DNA from: Barnesiella sp. | GTDB lineage: Bacteria; Bacteroidota; Bacteroidia; Bacteroidales; Barnesiellaceae_A | Assembly (NCBI GenBank): GCA_045645425.1 | Contig: JAZRIS010000027.1 | Location: forward strand, 181-64,180 | DNA: 64,000 nucleotides | Direction of reading: 5' to 3' | The notes under the pieces: generated by a model | What the model was told of the DNA's origin: nothing | Databases searched by the model: none | The model's input: only the letters and a program-made list of their open reading frames with translations | Part shown: positions 37,472 through 46,825 of the stretch, one piece after another | Numbering within the stretch: position 1 is the first letter of the stretch | Layout: each line of letters starts with the position of its first letter | Position numbers and translations under genes: made by a program

Positions 37472-40400
37472 TTAAAGAGCAACTTTGAGTACTTGTGAAT
37501 GGTTGCCGATAGTAACTACTGCTACATATACACCGGCAGGCATATTGTCGAGTGCAACTTGTTGCTTGTTGCTGTAAGCAGCTACAACAGCACCGGTAGC
37601 ATTGTAAATAACAACATCGGCATTGGGCTCGGTAAAGAGAGTCTTACCGGCAACATAGGCCGAGCCTTCAAACGACACGTTTTCGAGGGCACTTCTCTCA
37701 ATCATAAATGTATTGGTAACACCTAACGACTCACCGAGCGAGTAGAGAACTCTCACCTCAACAGTAGTAGTTGTTGTTTGCTTGTCGGCATTCTCCTCGT
37801 CTTCACGATATACCCATACACTGTCGTTGGTATTGACAGTAGTAGAAACGGGCACTTTGTAACCATCTTGATAGATGTTGTAGCGAACAATTTCAAGAGG
37901 CGATTGGGGAGCATCCCACTCAAAGTGTACCCAATATGCGGACAATTCGCCCAACTCTGGGTCATTATAAACACCCTCGGTAGTTTTGAAATAGCGGAGG
38001 TTTTCAACGGGATCGAGGCGGGCTTGCAATGTAAACACACAGGGAGCAGTAGCATTGAAAGCCTTTTGAGTAGCGGCATCGTATGTTTGTACGATATACT
38101 CATAAGTACCGTTTTCTACATTTTCGTCGCGGAAACGAATAATACCTTGGTTGGCAGGAGCCTCAACAGTATCCACAGCGAAGCAACCACGCCAGATGAT
38201 GTATTGAGCATTGGCGAGCTTGATTTGAGGATAGTTACACTCAATCTCGATAGTATTGGGCGACTCGATAGTAGAAGCGTCGGTTACGACGAGATTTTGA
38301 GGAGTGAGGCTTGAATTGAGGGGCGAGTAAGTTTCGATAGTGTAACGGCCATTGTTGGTCCAAGAGCTGTTTTTGCTATTGAAAGACTCTTCATAACACT
38401 TGTATGTCATATCGCCTTGAGGTTCGCGAGTAACACGAGCACGATATACAAATCGTTCAGTGGGCTTACCACCTTCATACCAAGGATCGGAAGTCAATTT
38501 TTCAATAAGTATGCCATACTTGTCGTAGGTGTAATCATATTTTCTGTAAGCCATACCGTCGGTATCGCGTTGTTCTTCAACGAGAATACGACCTTGCGCG
38601 TCATAGGTATAAGTAGTGTTGTAGCTTGAAGAAGCATATTGAGGATGAACGAACTCAGAATATCCGGGGTTTCCATTTTCATCAAATTGGCTGTAAGTAG
38701 TAGTACCTTTCAATTTGTCGTACTCAGTAGCACCAAAAGTCTTACCCTTGTTGATCATAGATACAAGGTGACCTTGTTCGTCATACTCATAGTAATAGAT
38801 ATTATTGGCCACTGTATCTTCCTTGGTAATCATGCGACCCATAGCATCGTAAGTATAAATAAAAGGCATCTTATTCTTGCTCCACTCGCCATTGGCATTC
38901 ATTTGGCGGTAGAATTCAGAGATAAGTTGAGCATTATTGTTATACTCATAGAAGTAGTGGTAAGTAGGCACTTTTTGGCCATCGGTTTGGAATTTATAGT
39001 CTATACGACGAGAAAGGTTGTTGTTGTTGTCGTACATATAGTAATTGAGACTCGAAGCACCGGGAGTACCCATGTGGTCGCCATAGCTTTCTTCTTTTGT
39101 AAGATAGTATTTTACGATAGGCTCTCCATCAAAGTCGGCGCTGTTATCCCAGAACAAGGGCATATAAACGCCTTCCTTCACACCATGCTCATAAACGACA
39201 TCAACACGAATATTGGCAACCTCATCATCCACCATGCTCAACTCGCAGTTTTTCACATCACCGTCAATTTCGAGCATAGGATAGGCCCAAGGATATACCC
39301 ACACTTTATAACCGAGTACAGGCTCGTCGCAGGGTTTCACATCCCAAGCAAGCTTGATAAAGAAAGTTTCGTATTCGCCAACTTCGGGATCATTGTATGT
39401 ACCATGATAGCCACCTACTATGCGAATATTCTCGGCGGGGCTGAGGGGAGTAGTAATATCGGCAGTAACAACATCAGAGCAGTTGTAATATACGTCATTG
39501 GCTGCATCGTATGTTTGAACAATATATTCGTATGTACCGTTGGCAACATTTTGGTCGATAAACTCAATTTTGCCATCAACAGCACTAACAATACCGGCAA
39601 TAGCACCACCGCGCCAGATGATATAGCTCATATTATCGGCAGGAAGAGAAGCAGGCACATCGGCTGTAACCTTGGCAGTGTTGGGTTGCTCGGGAGTAGA
39701 GATATTCTCAACCACGACATTGAGAGGAGCATAAGCACCATCAAGATTGACATAAAGCTCGTTGAAGGGAGAGCCACCTTTGAGATATTGTTTAACGATT
39801 TTATCCCAAGTCCATACAACTTTTTGGTACCAACCATTACCAAGGTCGGTGCGCTCGATATGTTGGTTGTCCACCAATACATCTTTGGCAGCACCTACTT
39901 CGCCTGTTTCGCGACCACCTACACCATAAGCCGAGATATAGTTGTAGGTGTGGATAGTAACGTTGTTGGCATCATACTCGTTGGTAGTGCGAGAGTGAAC
40001 AGTACCGGCAACACAATGGCGCATAACATCGATAGTACGACCCATCTCGTCATAGGTATATACGGCATCGAAACGATAATCCGAGTGGAAACCATCCGAT
40101 TCGCTACGAGCGGGATTGCCGTTTTCGTCAAAGTCAAAATGGGTAATATTTTGAATTTCGGTGGCAGTAGTGTTGCTATAAAATCTCTCGCGATACAAGT
40201 TGCCTTGCTCGTCATAGAAATATTGATAGCCGCGGTTGAAGTCGTCATATTGGATAAGACGGCCTTGCTCGTCATATTGATAAATGTTCTTGTCACCATC
40301 AACCCAGTCGCCATAGGCAGGACGATATTGGCTGCTCAAGTCCCAGAGCAAAGTACCATTTGCGTCGTAGTTGTAGTAGATGATTGTTTCGACATAGGTT

Positions 40401-40606
40401 TCACCATTATAATCTGTGGCCAGATTGTAGGTGCGGATAATTTTGTTTTCTCCATCATAAAGATTGATAGACTTGGCAGTAACACCAACAGCGCCCATAG
40501 AATCGCCTACCTTGTAAGAGGCAACCATAGTGGGGTCGGCATTAACCTGCAGGGCGCATGCAATCATAGCTACACACATGCCCAGAGCGAGTAAATTCTT
40601 CCTCAT
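37472..40606 (-). CDS. T9SS cargo protein, 1044 aa: two [YD-repeat block + FN3-like pair] units and a CTD (paralogue 2a)
   Basis: The signal peptide is MRKNLLALGMCVAMIACALQVNA. YD repeats include YQYDEQGRLIQY, YFYDEQGNLYRE, YTYDEMGRTIDV, YTYDAMGRMITK, YEYDEQGHLVSM and YTYDAQGRILVE. The duplicated module is YIIWRG...NGTYEYIVQTYDAA. The CTD is VVIYNATGAVV..MPAGVYVAVVTIGNHSQVLKVAL. Confidence 0.8.
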   Translation of the reverse strand: MRKNLLALGMCVAMIACALQVNADPTMVASYKVGDSMGAVGVTAKSINLYDGENKIIRTYNLATDYNGETYVETIIYYNYDANGTLLWDLSSQYRPAYGDWVDGDKNIYQYDEQGRLIQYDDFNRGYQYFYDEQGNLYRERFYSNTTATEIQNITHFDFDENGNPARSESDGFHSDYRFDAVYTYDEMGRTIDVMRHCVAGTVHSRTTNEYDANNVTIHTYNYISAYGVGGRETGEVGAAKDVLVDNQHIERTDLGNGWYQKVVWTWDKIVKQYLKGGSPFNELYVNLDGAYAPLNVVVENISTPEQPNTAKVTADVPASLPADNMSYIIWRGGAIAGIVSAVDGKIEFIDQNVANGTYEYIVQTYDAANDVYYNCSDVVTADITTPLSPAENIRIVGGYHGTYNDPEVGEYETFFIKLAWDVKPCDEPVLGYKVWVYPWAYPMLEIDGDVKNCELSMVDDEVANIRVDVVYEHGVKEGVYMPLFWDNSADFDGEPIVKYYLTKEESYGDHMGTPGASSLNYYMYDNNNNLSRRIDYKFQTDGQKVPTYHYFYEYNNNAQLISEFYRQMNANGEWSKNKMPFIYTYDAMGRMITKEDTVANNIYYYEYDEQGHLVSMINKGKTFGATEYDKLKGTTTYSQFDENGNPGYSEFVHPQYASSSYNTTYTYDAQGRILVEEQRDTDGMAYRKYDYTYDKYGILIEKLTSDPWYEGGKPTERFVYRARVTREPQGDMTYKCYEESFNSKNSSWTNNGRYTIETYSPLNSSLTPQNLVVTDASTIESPNTIEIECNYPQIKLANAQYIIWRGCFAVDTVEAPANQGIIRFRDENVENGTYEYIVQTYDAATQKAFNATAPCVFTLQARLDPVENLRYFKTTEGVYNDPELGELSAYWVHFEWDAPQSPLEIVRYNIYQDGYKVPVSTTVNTNDSVWVYREDEENADKQTTTTTVEVRVLYSLGESLGVTNTFMIERSALENVSFEGSAYVAGKTLFTEPNADVVIYNATGAVVAAYSNKQQVALDNMPAGVYVAVVTIGNHSQVLKVAL

Positions 40607-40642
40607 AAAAATATAGATTGGTTAAAATAAAGTTTCAAGCTA

Positions 40643-40650
40643 CAAAGATA
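40643..40650 (-). promoter_or_regulatory. Putative -7 box TAtcTTTG for gene 37472..40606
   Basis: Plus-strand caaagata lies 36 nt upstream of the ATG at 40606. A second candidate, TAtaTTTG, lies on the minus strand at 40764-40771. Confidence 0.5.
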
Positions 40651-40774
40651 ATATGATGTACCTATATAATATATTATATATAAAACTTATTTGTAAGTAT
40701 AAACAATATTTAACATATAATGAAACACATCAATAAACAGAACTTAAATAGCTATATTTGAGCCAAATATATAG

Positions 40775-40812
40775 AAAAAGAGCTGTGCCACAAAACAGAT
40801 GTGGCACAGCTC
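40775..40812 (-). terminator. Rho-independent terminator of gene 40837..43980
   Basis: Perfect 12-bp stem, gagctgtgccac (40780-40791) with gtggcacagctc (40801-40812). On the minus strand it is followed by tttttctatat. Confidence 0.8.
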
Positions 40813-40836
40813 GTGAAGCATTATATTTACCAATAA

Positions 40837-43800
40837 TTATCGGCGAACAAACTTGATAATCTGCAACTTATCGCCCATAGAAACCGAGGCCACATAAGCA
40901 CCGGCAGGCAAAGCCGAGAGGTCAATAGAAGTAACATCTTTGCGATTGACAACCTCAACACCGGCAATGTTGTAGATAGCTACTTGTGCAACAGCGTTGG
41001 CATAAAGATTATTACCATCGACATAAGCATCGGTAACAACTACTTGTTCGATGCCCGAGTGCTCAACAGCAAATCTTTCGGTAACCAATTCCGACTCACC
41101 GATAACATACTCAACCGATACTTGTACACCAATTTGTTTTTGTTGGTCGGGCGAGTTGAAGTCCTTCTCGCGATATACCGAGAGGCTGTCGCAAGTGTTG
41201 GCAGTAGTCGTCATAGGCACAGCCCATCCCTCTTCATACACATTGTAGTGTTTGATTTCGAGGTCGCTTGCGGGAGCATCCCACTCGAAGTGTACCCAAT
41301 AAACAGGGAAAGAGCCACCTTGACCGTCGGCTTGAGAGCCTTCGGTAGTTTTGATATAACGCAAGTTGGTAACAGGAGGCAACTCGATGGTGTAATTGGC
41401 AACAACCACGTCGGCAGCATTGTACAACACATCATTGACAGCATCGTACGATTGGATGGTAAACTCGATATCGCGACCATTCTCCAAGTTCTCGGCTACA
41501 TAAGAAAGGCGGCCATTGAAAGGAGCGATTGTATCGACAGGTTGCCAATCTTGCCATACGATATACTTGGCATTGGGCACTTCTTTTTCGGGCACCATGC
41601 AAGTGAGTTGAACGGCATTTACATAATTGGCATTATTGACATAAGTGACAGCGAGGTTGCGGGGAGCATAGGCACCATCGAGTACAGCATAATACTCGCT
41701 ATGAGTTCTATATTCGGTCCATTTTTGCTCTCTCTCGCTATAATTGTAATATGTATAATCATACTGATTGTCAGATACTTTTGTACGCACCTCTCGACTT
41801 GCATAAATATATCCCGGTCCATCCCAATTACGGTTTGATTTGATACATTCTACATTAATGCCATTCTCGTCATAGGCATACTCATACTTGTAGTACTCGA
41901 CCTTGTCAGTTTCGTCATCAGTAGAAAAATCGGGTGTCCAAGCCTCCTCTACCAATACATTGCCATTGTCGTCGTATGTGTACAACACAAAGTAACTACT
42001 TGTAGCATAGAGGTGGTCGGTGCAATCCATACGCAAGGGATTGTTATTTTCATCAAATTGGCTGTAAGTAATTGTTTCGTACAACTTGTCATACGGAGCA
42101 TCGGGGTTGGTGCGGTCGTTCTTGCCATAACGGGTGTAAGATACAAGGCGACCTTGCTCGTCGTACTCATACTCATAGAGGTTGTATGTATAGATATTCT
42201 CTTCTCTTACAAGACGACCTTGAGCATCATACTCATAATAAGTGTGATTTTTGTAATCGGTCCATACGCCCATATCCTTGTATTGGATGTAATAATACTC
42301 GTCGAGCAATCCGTTTACATAGTTATAATAGTATTGATAGTTGGGGCCATAAGAGCCATCGTTCAACGACATCAAAGTCTTGGTACGGTAGATATTATTC
42401 TCTTTGTTATAAAGATTTACAATAACTTCACCGACGCTAGTTTGCTTAACAAGAGTGAGAACATCGGCAGGTTGGTTTACATCAAAGTCTTTCGACTTAT
42501 CCCAAGTAAATGTCGCATATTCACCGGCAGCAGTACCCAACTCATAAACGGCATCAATGCGAATTTCGGCAGTTTCGGTATCGGGCATATTCAACTCGAC
42601 AGTGAGCACATCGCCGGCAACAGTAGCAACAGGCATAGCAAAGGGCTTTTGGAAAACTTGGTACTCCTTGACAGCAAAGTCACAAACGGGAGCCTCCCAT
42701 TTGAGGGTAATGATGTAAGTATCATAAGTAGCACCTGTCATGCCATCCTTGGCAGTGTCTTTGCGACCGGCCACCAACTCAATCTCGGTAACGGGAGCCA
42801 ATTCTACAAGCATGTTGATAGTAACAAGGTCGGTAACATTGTAATAGATATTGTTGGCAGGGTCGTATGCTTGAACAAAATAGGTATGCTCACGGCTCTC
42901 GACATTGTGATCGACATACTCAATCACGCCATCAACAGCCTCAACAGTAGCCACGGCCTCCCAGTTGCGCCATACGATATATTGCAAGCCGGGGATGGCA
43001 GGAGCTTGAGCAGTGATTTTCACCGCATTGGGCTCGGCTGCGGTAGAAACATTTTGCAAGCTCAACTCGTAGGGAGCAGTATCGGCATTGAGATTGGCAT
43101 AATACTCGTGATAGGCAGTAGGTTGATCAACCCAAGCATAAATATTGTTGTAGTTGGCATCAAAATCCACTACATCATAAGAACGTGCGGTGTATTTGTA
43201 ATATTTGCCATCGATGAGTGTGCGTTTGATGTCTTTGCTGAATTGCAAAGTATCAGCAGCACTGCCGGCCTCGATAGTTTCGGGAGTCCAGCTGGGAGAA
43301 GTAAACCAAGCCTCGCTCACACACACGCCATTGTCGTCGTAGGCATACTCGATGCGTTGCATTTTGGAGCCGGTAGAAGTGAGGCGGTCATCTACTACAA
43401 CACGATATTGCTCGTCATACTCGATAGTACCCGAGTAGGTATAAGAAGAGTATGCACCCACCGACTCATAGGCACGAGGCTTGTTGATAGCACCCGCAAC
43501 GAAATCGGAGTAAGTAATATCCTCAAGCATATAATCGGAACCTGTAACCGTCACTTGACATCTTGTAGCATTTCCATTGTCATCGTAGGTGTAGCGATAG
43601 GTCTTGCTTGAATTGATTTCGGCAAGGATATTACCGGCCTCATCATACTCATAGGTAGTCTCTTCGCTCAATTTCCAATCGGAATATGCAGGACGATATT
43701 GGTAATTTTCGAGGTGAACCAAGCGTGCGTTTTCGTCAAAAGTGTAGTAATATACATTTTGCACCTCAAAGTCGCCCGATGCATTGGCAGTGTGGAATAC

Positions 43801-43980
43801 GTGACGCACCACTTGACCTTGAGCATTGTAGAAATAGTAATCTTTCGATTGACATCCTGCCGACGGGTTCATGTGATTACCGTAAGTTTCGCGGTAAGTC
43901 ATTTTGGCTTCGGCTTGAGCCAACATCGTGGAAGCAGCCACAAATAAGCTCAAACAGAGAGTAAGTAAATTCTTTTTCAT
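40837..43980 (-). CDS. T9SS cargo protein, 1047 aa, paralogue 2b (YD repeats, FN3-like pairs, CTD)
   Basis: The signal peptide is MKKNLLTLCLSLFVAASTMLAQA. YD repeats include YEYDEAGNILAE, YTYDDNGNATRC, YEYDAQGRLVRE, YEYDEQGRLVSY and YTYDDNGNVLVE. The duplicated module is YIVW...VQAYDPANNIYYN / IQSYDAVNDVLYN. The CTD is VAIYNIAGVEV..LPAGAYVASVSMGDKLQIIKFVRR. Confidence 0.8.
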   Translation of the reverse strand: MKKNLLTLCLSLFVAASTMLAQAEAKMTYRETYGNHMNPSAGCQSKDYYFYNAQGQVVRHVFHTANASGDFEVQNVYYYTFDENARLVHLENYQYRPAYSDWKLSEETTYEYDEAGNILAEINSSKTYRYTYDDNGNATRCQVTVTGSDYMLEDITYSDFVAGAINKPRAYESVGAYSSYTYSGTIEYDEQYRVVVDDRLTSTGSKMQRIEYAYDDNGVCVSEAWFTSPSWTPETIEAGSAADTLQFSKDIKRTLIDGKYYKYTARSYDVVDFDANYNNIYAWVDQPTAYHEYYANLNADTAPYELSLQNVSTAAEPNAVKITAQAPAIPGLQYIVWRNWEAVATVEAVDGVIEYVDHNVESREHTYFVQAYDPANNIYYNVTDLVTINMLVELAPVTEIELVAGRKDTAKDGMTGATYDTYIITLKWEAPVCDFAVKEYQVFQKPFAMPVATVAGDVLTVELNMPDTETAEIRIDAVYELGTAAGEYATFTWDKSKDFDVNQPADVLTLVKQTSVGEVIVNLYNKENNIYRTKTLMSLNDGSYGPNYQYYYNYVNGLLDEYYYIQYKDMGVWTDYKNHTYYEYDAQGRLVREENIYTYNLYEYEYDEQGRLVSYTRYGKNDRTNPDAPYDKLYETITYSQFDENNNPLRMDCTDHLYATSSYFVLYTYDDNGNVLVEEAWTPDFSTDDETDKVEYYKYEYAYDENGINVECIKSNRNWDGPGYIYASREVRTKVSDNQYDYTYYNYSEREQKWTEYRTHSEYYAVLDGAYAPRNLAVTYVNNANYVNAVQLTCMVPEKEVPNAKYIVWQDWQPVDTIAPFNGRLSYVAENLENGRDIEFTIQSYDAVNDVLYNAADVVVANYTIELPPVTNLRYIKTTEGSQADGQGGSFPVYWVHFEWDAPASDLEIKHYNVYEEGWAVPMTTTANTCDSLSVYREKDFNSPDQQKQIGVQVSVEYVIGESELVTERFAVEHSGIEQVVVTDAYVDGNNLYANAVAQVAIYNIAGVEVVNRKDVTSIDLSALPAGAYVASVSMGDKLQIIKFVRR

Positions 43981-44048
43981 AAGTTGTTTATTTAGAGGTT
44001 AGTATTATTTAGAGCAAAGTATGTTTTTTCAGGAGTAAAATATGGGTG

Positions 44049-44056
44049 CAAATTTA
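44049..44056 (-). promoter_or_regulatory. Putative -7 box TAaaTTTG for gene 40837..43980
   Basis: Plus-strand caaattta lies 68 nt upstream of the ATG at 43980. Confidence 0.4.
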
Positions 44057-44097
44057 CAATATTCTTTTAAATAATAAAAGGGGAAATGCTGTTTTCG

Positions 44098-44105
44098 TAA
44101 ATTTG
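44098..44105 (+). promoter_or_regulatory. Putative -7 box TAaaTTTG for the ROK kinase gene
   Basis: taaatttg lies on the plus strand, 103 nt upstream of the ATG at 44209. Confidence 0.4.
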
Positions 44106-44208
44106 CGGTGCGAATATATTTTTATTGGCACAAAATGATTGGTTACGACAAATTATTTGTACCTTTGGCTTCGTTAATGAATTTACAGAACATCAAATAC
44201 AATCAACC

Positions 44209-45192
44209 ATGACAGAAACAAAGCCCTATGTAGTAGGTATCGATATAGGCGGTACCAATACAGTATTCGGAATAGTAGATACAAGAGGTAATGTGTTGGC
44301 CGACGGCTCAATCAAGACACCTGCACATGCCGAGTTTAAAGACTATGTAGATCAACTCTACACAGCCCTATCGGAGTTGATAAAGACAGCCGGTTACGAA
44401 GGTCAGATAGCCGGTATCGGTGTGGGAGCCCCCAACGCATGCTACTATACAGGCAACATAGAGAGCCCCGCCAACCTGCGTTGGACCGAGAATGGCGAGC
44501 GTCTTGAGATAATACCTTTTGCAGCCACATTGAGAGAGAAGTTTGGCCTACCGGTAGCCATCACCAACGATGCCAACGCCGCTGCCATCGGTGAAATGAC
44601 TTATGGAGCAGCTCGCGGCATGAAGGACTTTATCATGATAACATTGGGAACCGGCGTGGGCAGCGGTATTGTCGTAAACGGACAGTTGCTCTATGGTCAC
44701 GACGGATTTGCCGGCGAATTGGGTCACGTGACAATGCGTCGCGAGAACGGTCGCTTGTGCGGTTGCGGTCGCAAGGGTTGTCTTGAGGCTTACGCATCGG
44801 CCACAGGTGTAGCTCGCACCGTACGCGAATACTTGGAGACACGCACCGATGCTTCACTCTTGCGCAATCTGCCCATCGAAAGCATCACCTCGAAGGATGT
44901 GTATGATGCCGCCATGGCCGGCGACGAGTTGGCTCGCGAAGTGTTTGACTTCACCGGCGAGATGCTTGGAGAGGCCTTTGCCGACTTCATTGCCTTCTCA
45001 AGTCCCCAAGCCATTATTCTCTTCGGCGGTCTTACCAAAGCCGGCGACTTGATAATGCGCCCCATCCGCGAGAGTCTTGAACGCAATGTAATGAGAAACT
45101 TCAAGGGCAAGACCGAGATACTCTTCTCGCAACTCAAAGAGGGAGATGCCGCAGTACTCGGAGCAAGTGCTCTGGGCTGGGAAGCCAAATAA
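44209..45192 (+). CDS. ROK-family sugar kinase (glucokinase-like)
   Basis: Start at MTETKPYVVGIDIGGTNTVFG. It has the ROK Zn motif CGCGRKGCLEAYAS and the segment GHDGFAGELGH. Confidence 0.8.
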   Translation: MTETKPYVVGIDIGGTNTVFGIVDTRGNVLADGSIKTPAHAEFKDYVDQLYTALSELIKTAGYEGQIAGIGVGAPNACYYTGNIESPANLRWTENGERLEIIPFAATLREKFGLPVAITNDANAAAIGEMTYGAARGMKDFIMITLGTGVGSGIVVNGQLLYGHDGFAGELGHVTMRRENGRLCGCGRKGCLEAYASATGVARTVREYLETRTDASLLRNLPIESITSKDVYDAAMAGDELAREVFDFTGEMLGEAFADFIAFSSPQAIILFGGLTKAGDLIMRPIRESLERNVMRNFKGKTEILFSQLKEGDAAVLGASALGWEAK

Positions 45193-45259
45193 AACGTTTC
45201 TACAAACACATATATGAAGGATGCACCTTGAGTATAGGTGTATCCTTCTTTACAAAACG

Positions 45260-46582
45260 ATGAGCATGACAAGCCGCATAGCCGAATATATAGCACAAGA
45301 GCAACTGCTTGTGCCACAGGAACGTGTCATTGTAGGATTGAGTGGTGGTGCCGACTCGGTAGCATTGCTTGCCGTATTGACCGACTTGGGGTATGAGTGC
45401 GTGGCATGCCATTGCAATTTTATGCTTCGAGGCGAGGAGAGCGTAAGAGATCGCAACCACGCCGAGGAGATAGCCCGACGGCTGAATGTAAAGTTTGCCG
45501 AAACGACATTTGCCACCACCGACTATGCCCGCCAAGAAGGTATCTCGATAGAGATGGCTGCCCGACAGCTGCGCTATGAATGGTTTGAGAAAATGCGCAT
45601 AGAACATCAAGCACAAGCCATAGCAGTAGCGCATCACCGCGATGACAATGCCGAAACGTTATTGCTCAATCTGACAAGAGGCACAGGACTTGCGGGACTC
45701 ACCGGCATAAGTGCCCGCAATGGCCATATTGTGCGCCCCATGCTGTGCGTGTCGCGCGAGGAAATCATCGACTATCTGACACACAAACAACTGCCATACG
45801 TTACCGACAGTACCAACTTGGAGGCCATATACACACGCAACAAGTTGCGCCTTGAGGTAATACCATTGTTGCGCCAAATAAATCCTGCCTTCGACTCGTG
45901 CATGCAACGCACCATAGGCTACTTGCGCGATAGCGAAAAGCTTTATAGAGCAGCCATTGAAGAGTGGAAAAAAAGTATCTGTCGCACAGAAAACGAGCAG
46001 TTGCACATAGACCTCACCCTGCTACACAACTACCCTGCACCGGCTACCCTACTCTATGAGATAATAGGCGACAAAGGTTTCAATGCCACACAAATAGAGG
46101 CCATGGCAAGCCTGTCGCAAATTTCGGGGCGACAGTTTCTCACCCCTACCCATCGTGCAGTGTGCGACCGCAACAGCATCATTATCATCGCCAACAACAC
46201 GCCTACCGATAGCGATATATTGGCAACATGGCAACAAGGCGACACCACGACACAATCTCGCATAAGCATTTCGTATCACACAGCCACAGGCTATGAAATA
46301 TCGCGAGAGAGTCACACTGCCTGCTTTGATAGCGAGAAGATAAAATTTCCCATCATACTGCGCCATTGGCGACAAGGCGACACATTTATACCCTTTGGGA
46401 TGCGAGGCCGCAAAAAACTGAGCGACTACTTCAGCGACCATAAATATTCGCTGATAGACAAAGAGCAAGCCCTGCTCCTATGCGATAGCGAAAAAATCTT
46501 GTGGATTGTAGGCGAACGCACCTGCAACGAGGCTCGTATTACCGACAAGACACAGCAAATAATAGAAATAAAAAAATTGTAG
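45260..46582 (+). CDS. tilS: tRNA(Ile)-lysidine synthetase
   Basis: It has the PP-loop GLSGGADS and the segment AHHRDDNAETLLLNLTRGTG. The C-terminal TilS domain contains RHWRQGDTFIPFGMRGRKKLSDYF. The start is 45260 or 45266. Confidence 0.85.
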   Translation: MSMTSRIAEYIAQEQLLVPQERVIVGLSGGADSVALLAVLTDLGYECVACHCNFMLRGEESVRDRNHAEEIARRLNVKFAETTFATTDYARQEGISIEMAARQLRYEWFEKMRIEHQAQAIAVAHHRDDNAETLLLNLTRGTGLAGLTGISARNGHIVRPMLCVSREEIIDYLTHKQLPYVTDSTNLEAIYTRNKLRLEVIPLLRQINPAFDSCMQRTIGYLRDSEKLYRAAIEEWKKSICRTENEQLHIDLTLLHNYPAPATLLYEIIGDKGFNATQIEAMASLSQISGRQFLTPTHRAVCDRNSIIIIANNTPTDSDILATWQQGDTTTQSRISISYHTATGYEISRESHTACFDSEKIKFPIILRHWRQGDTFIPFGMRGRKKLSDYFSDHKYSLIDKEQALLLCDSEKILWIVGERTCNEARITDKTQQIIEIKKL

Positions 46583-46678
46583 CCCACAGCCGAGCTTGCC
46601 CAAGAGATATGGTTGCAGAATTTTTGTTAAAATAAAAAACAAAATGTAGCCGGCGAACACTATTTATAAAAAAATCGT

Positions 46679-46686
46679 TATATTTG
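46679..46686 (+). promoter_or_regulatory. Putative -7 box TAtaTTTG for rho
   Basis: tatatttg lies 139 nt upstream of the rho ATG, which implies a long leader. Confidence 0.45.
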
Positions 46687-46825
46687 CATCGGTAAAATTC
46701 TACATCACACTTCGGTCGGAAGTATTTACCATTTCATACAAATATAAATCCACATTCATTGATAGGCATCGAAAACATCAATCCACCAATAGGATTGTGC
46801 ATCACTGCCACAAAAAGTATTCACA

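Noticed and set aside
37472-43980. I considered whether the YD-repeat proteins are Rhs-type polymorphic toxins with immunity genes.
   Set aside because: There is no C-terminal toxin domain because the C-terminus is a T9SS CTD. I recognised no Rhs core or cleavage motif and no PAAR, VgrG or T6SS genes. No small immunity-like ORF follows either gene.
43981-44208. Gene orientation switches from minus to plus at about 44 kb, which could mark the replication origin.
   Set aside because: I found no cluster of DnaA boxes (TTATCCACA/TGTGGATAA) in this spacer and no dnaA or dnaN nearby. The spacer is fully explained by two divergent promoters. A cumulative GC-skew calculation on the whole replicon would be needed to test this.
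44125-44208. N-terminal extensions are suggested by the ORF track at 44125, 25188, 51052, 55522, 49113, 45221, 37429, 5257, 2669 and 12087.
   Set aside because: In each case an internal ATG or GTG gives a canonical N-terminus (signal peptide, lipobox or family-typical start). The extension also overlaps a promoter box, a terminator or the neighbouring gene.
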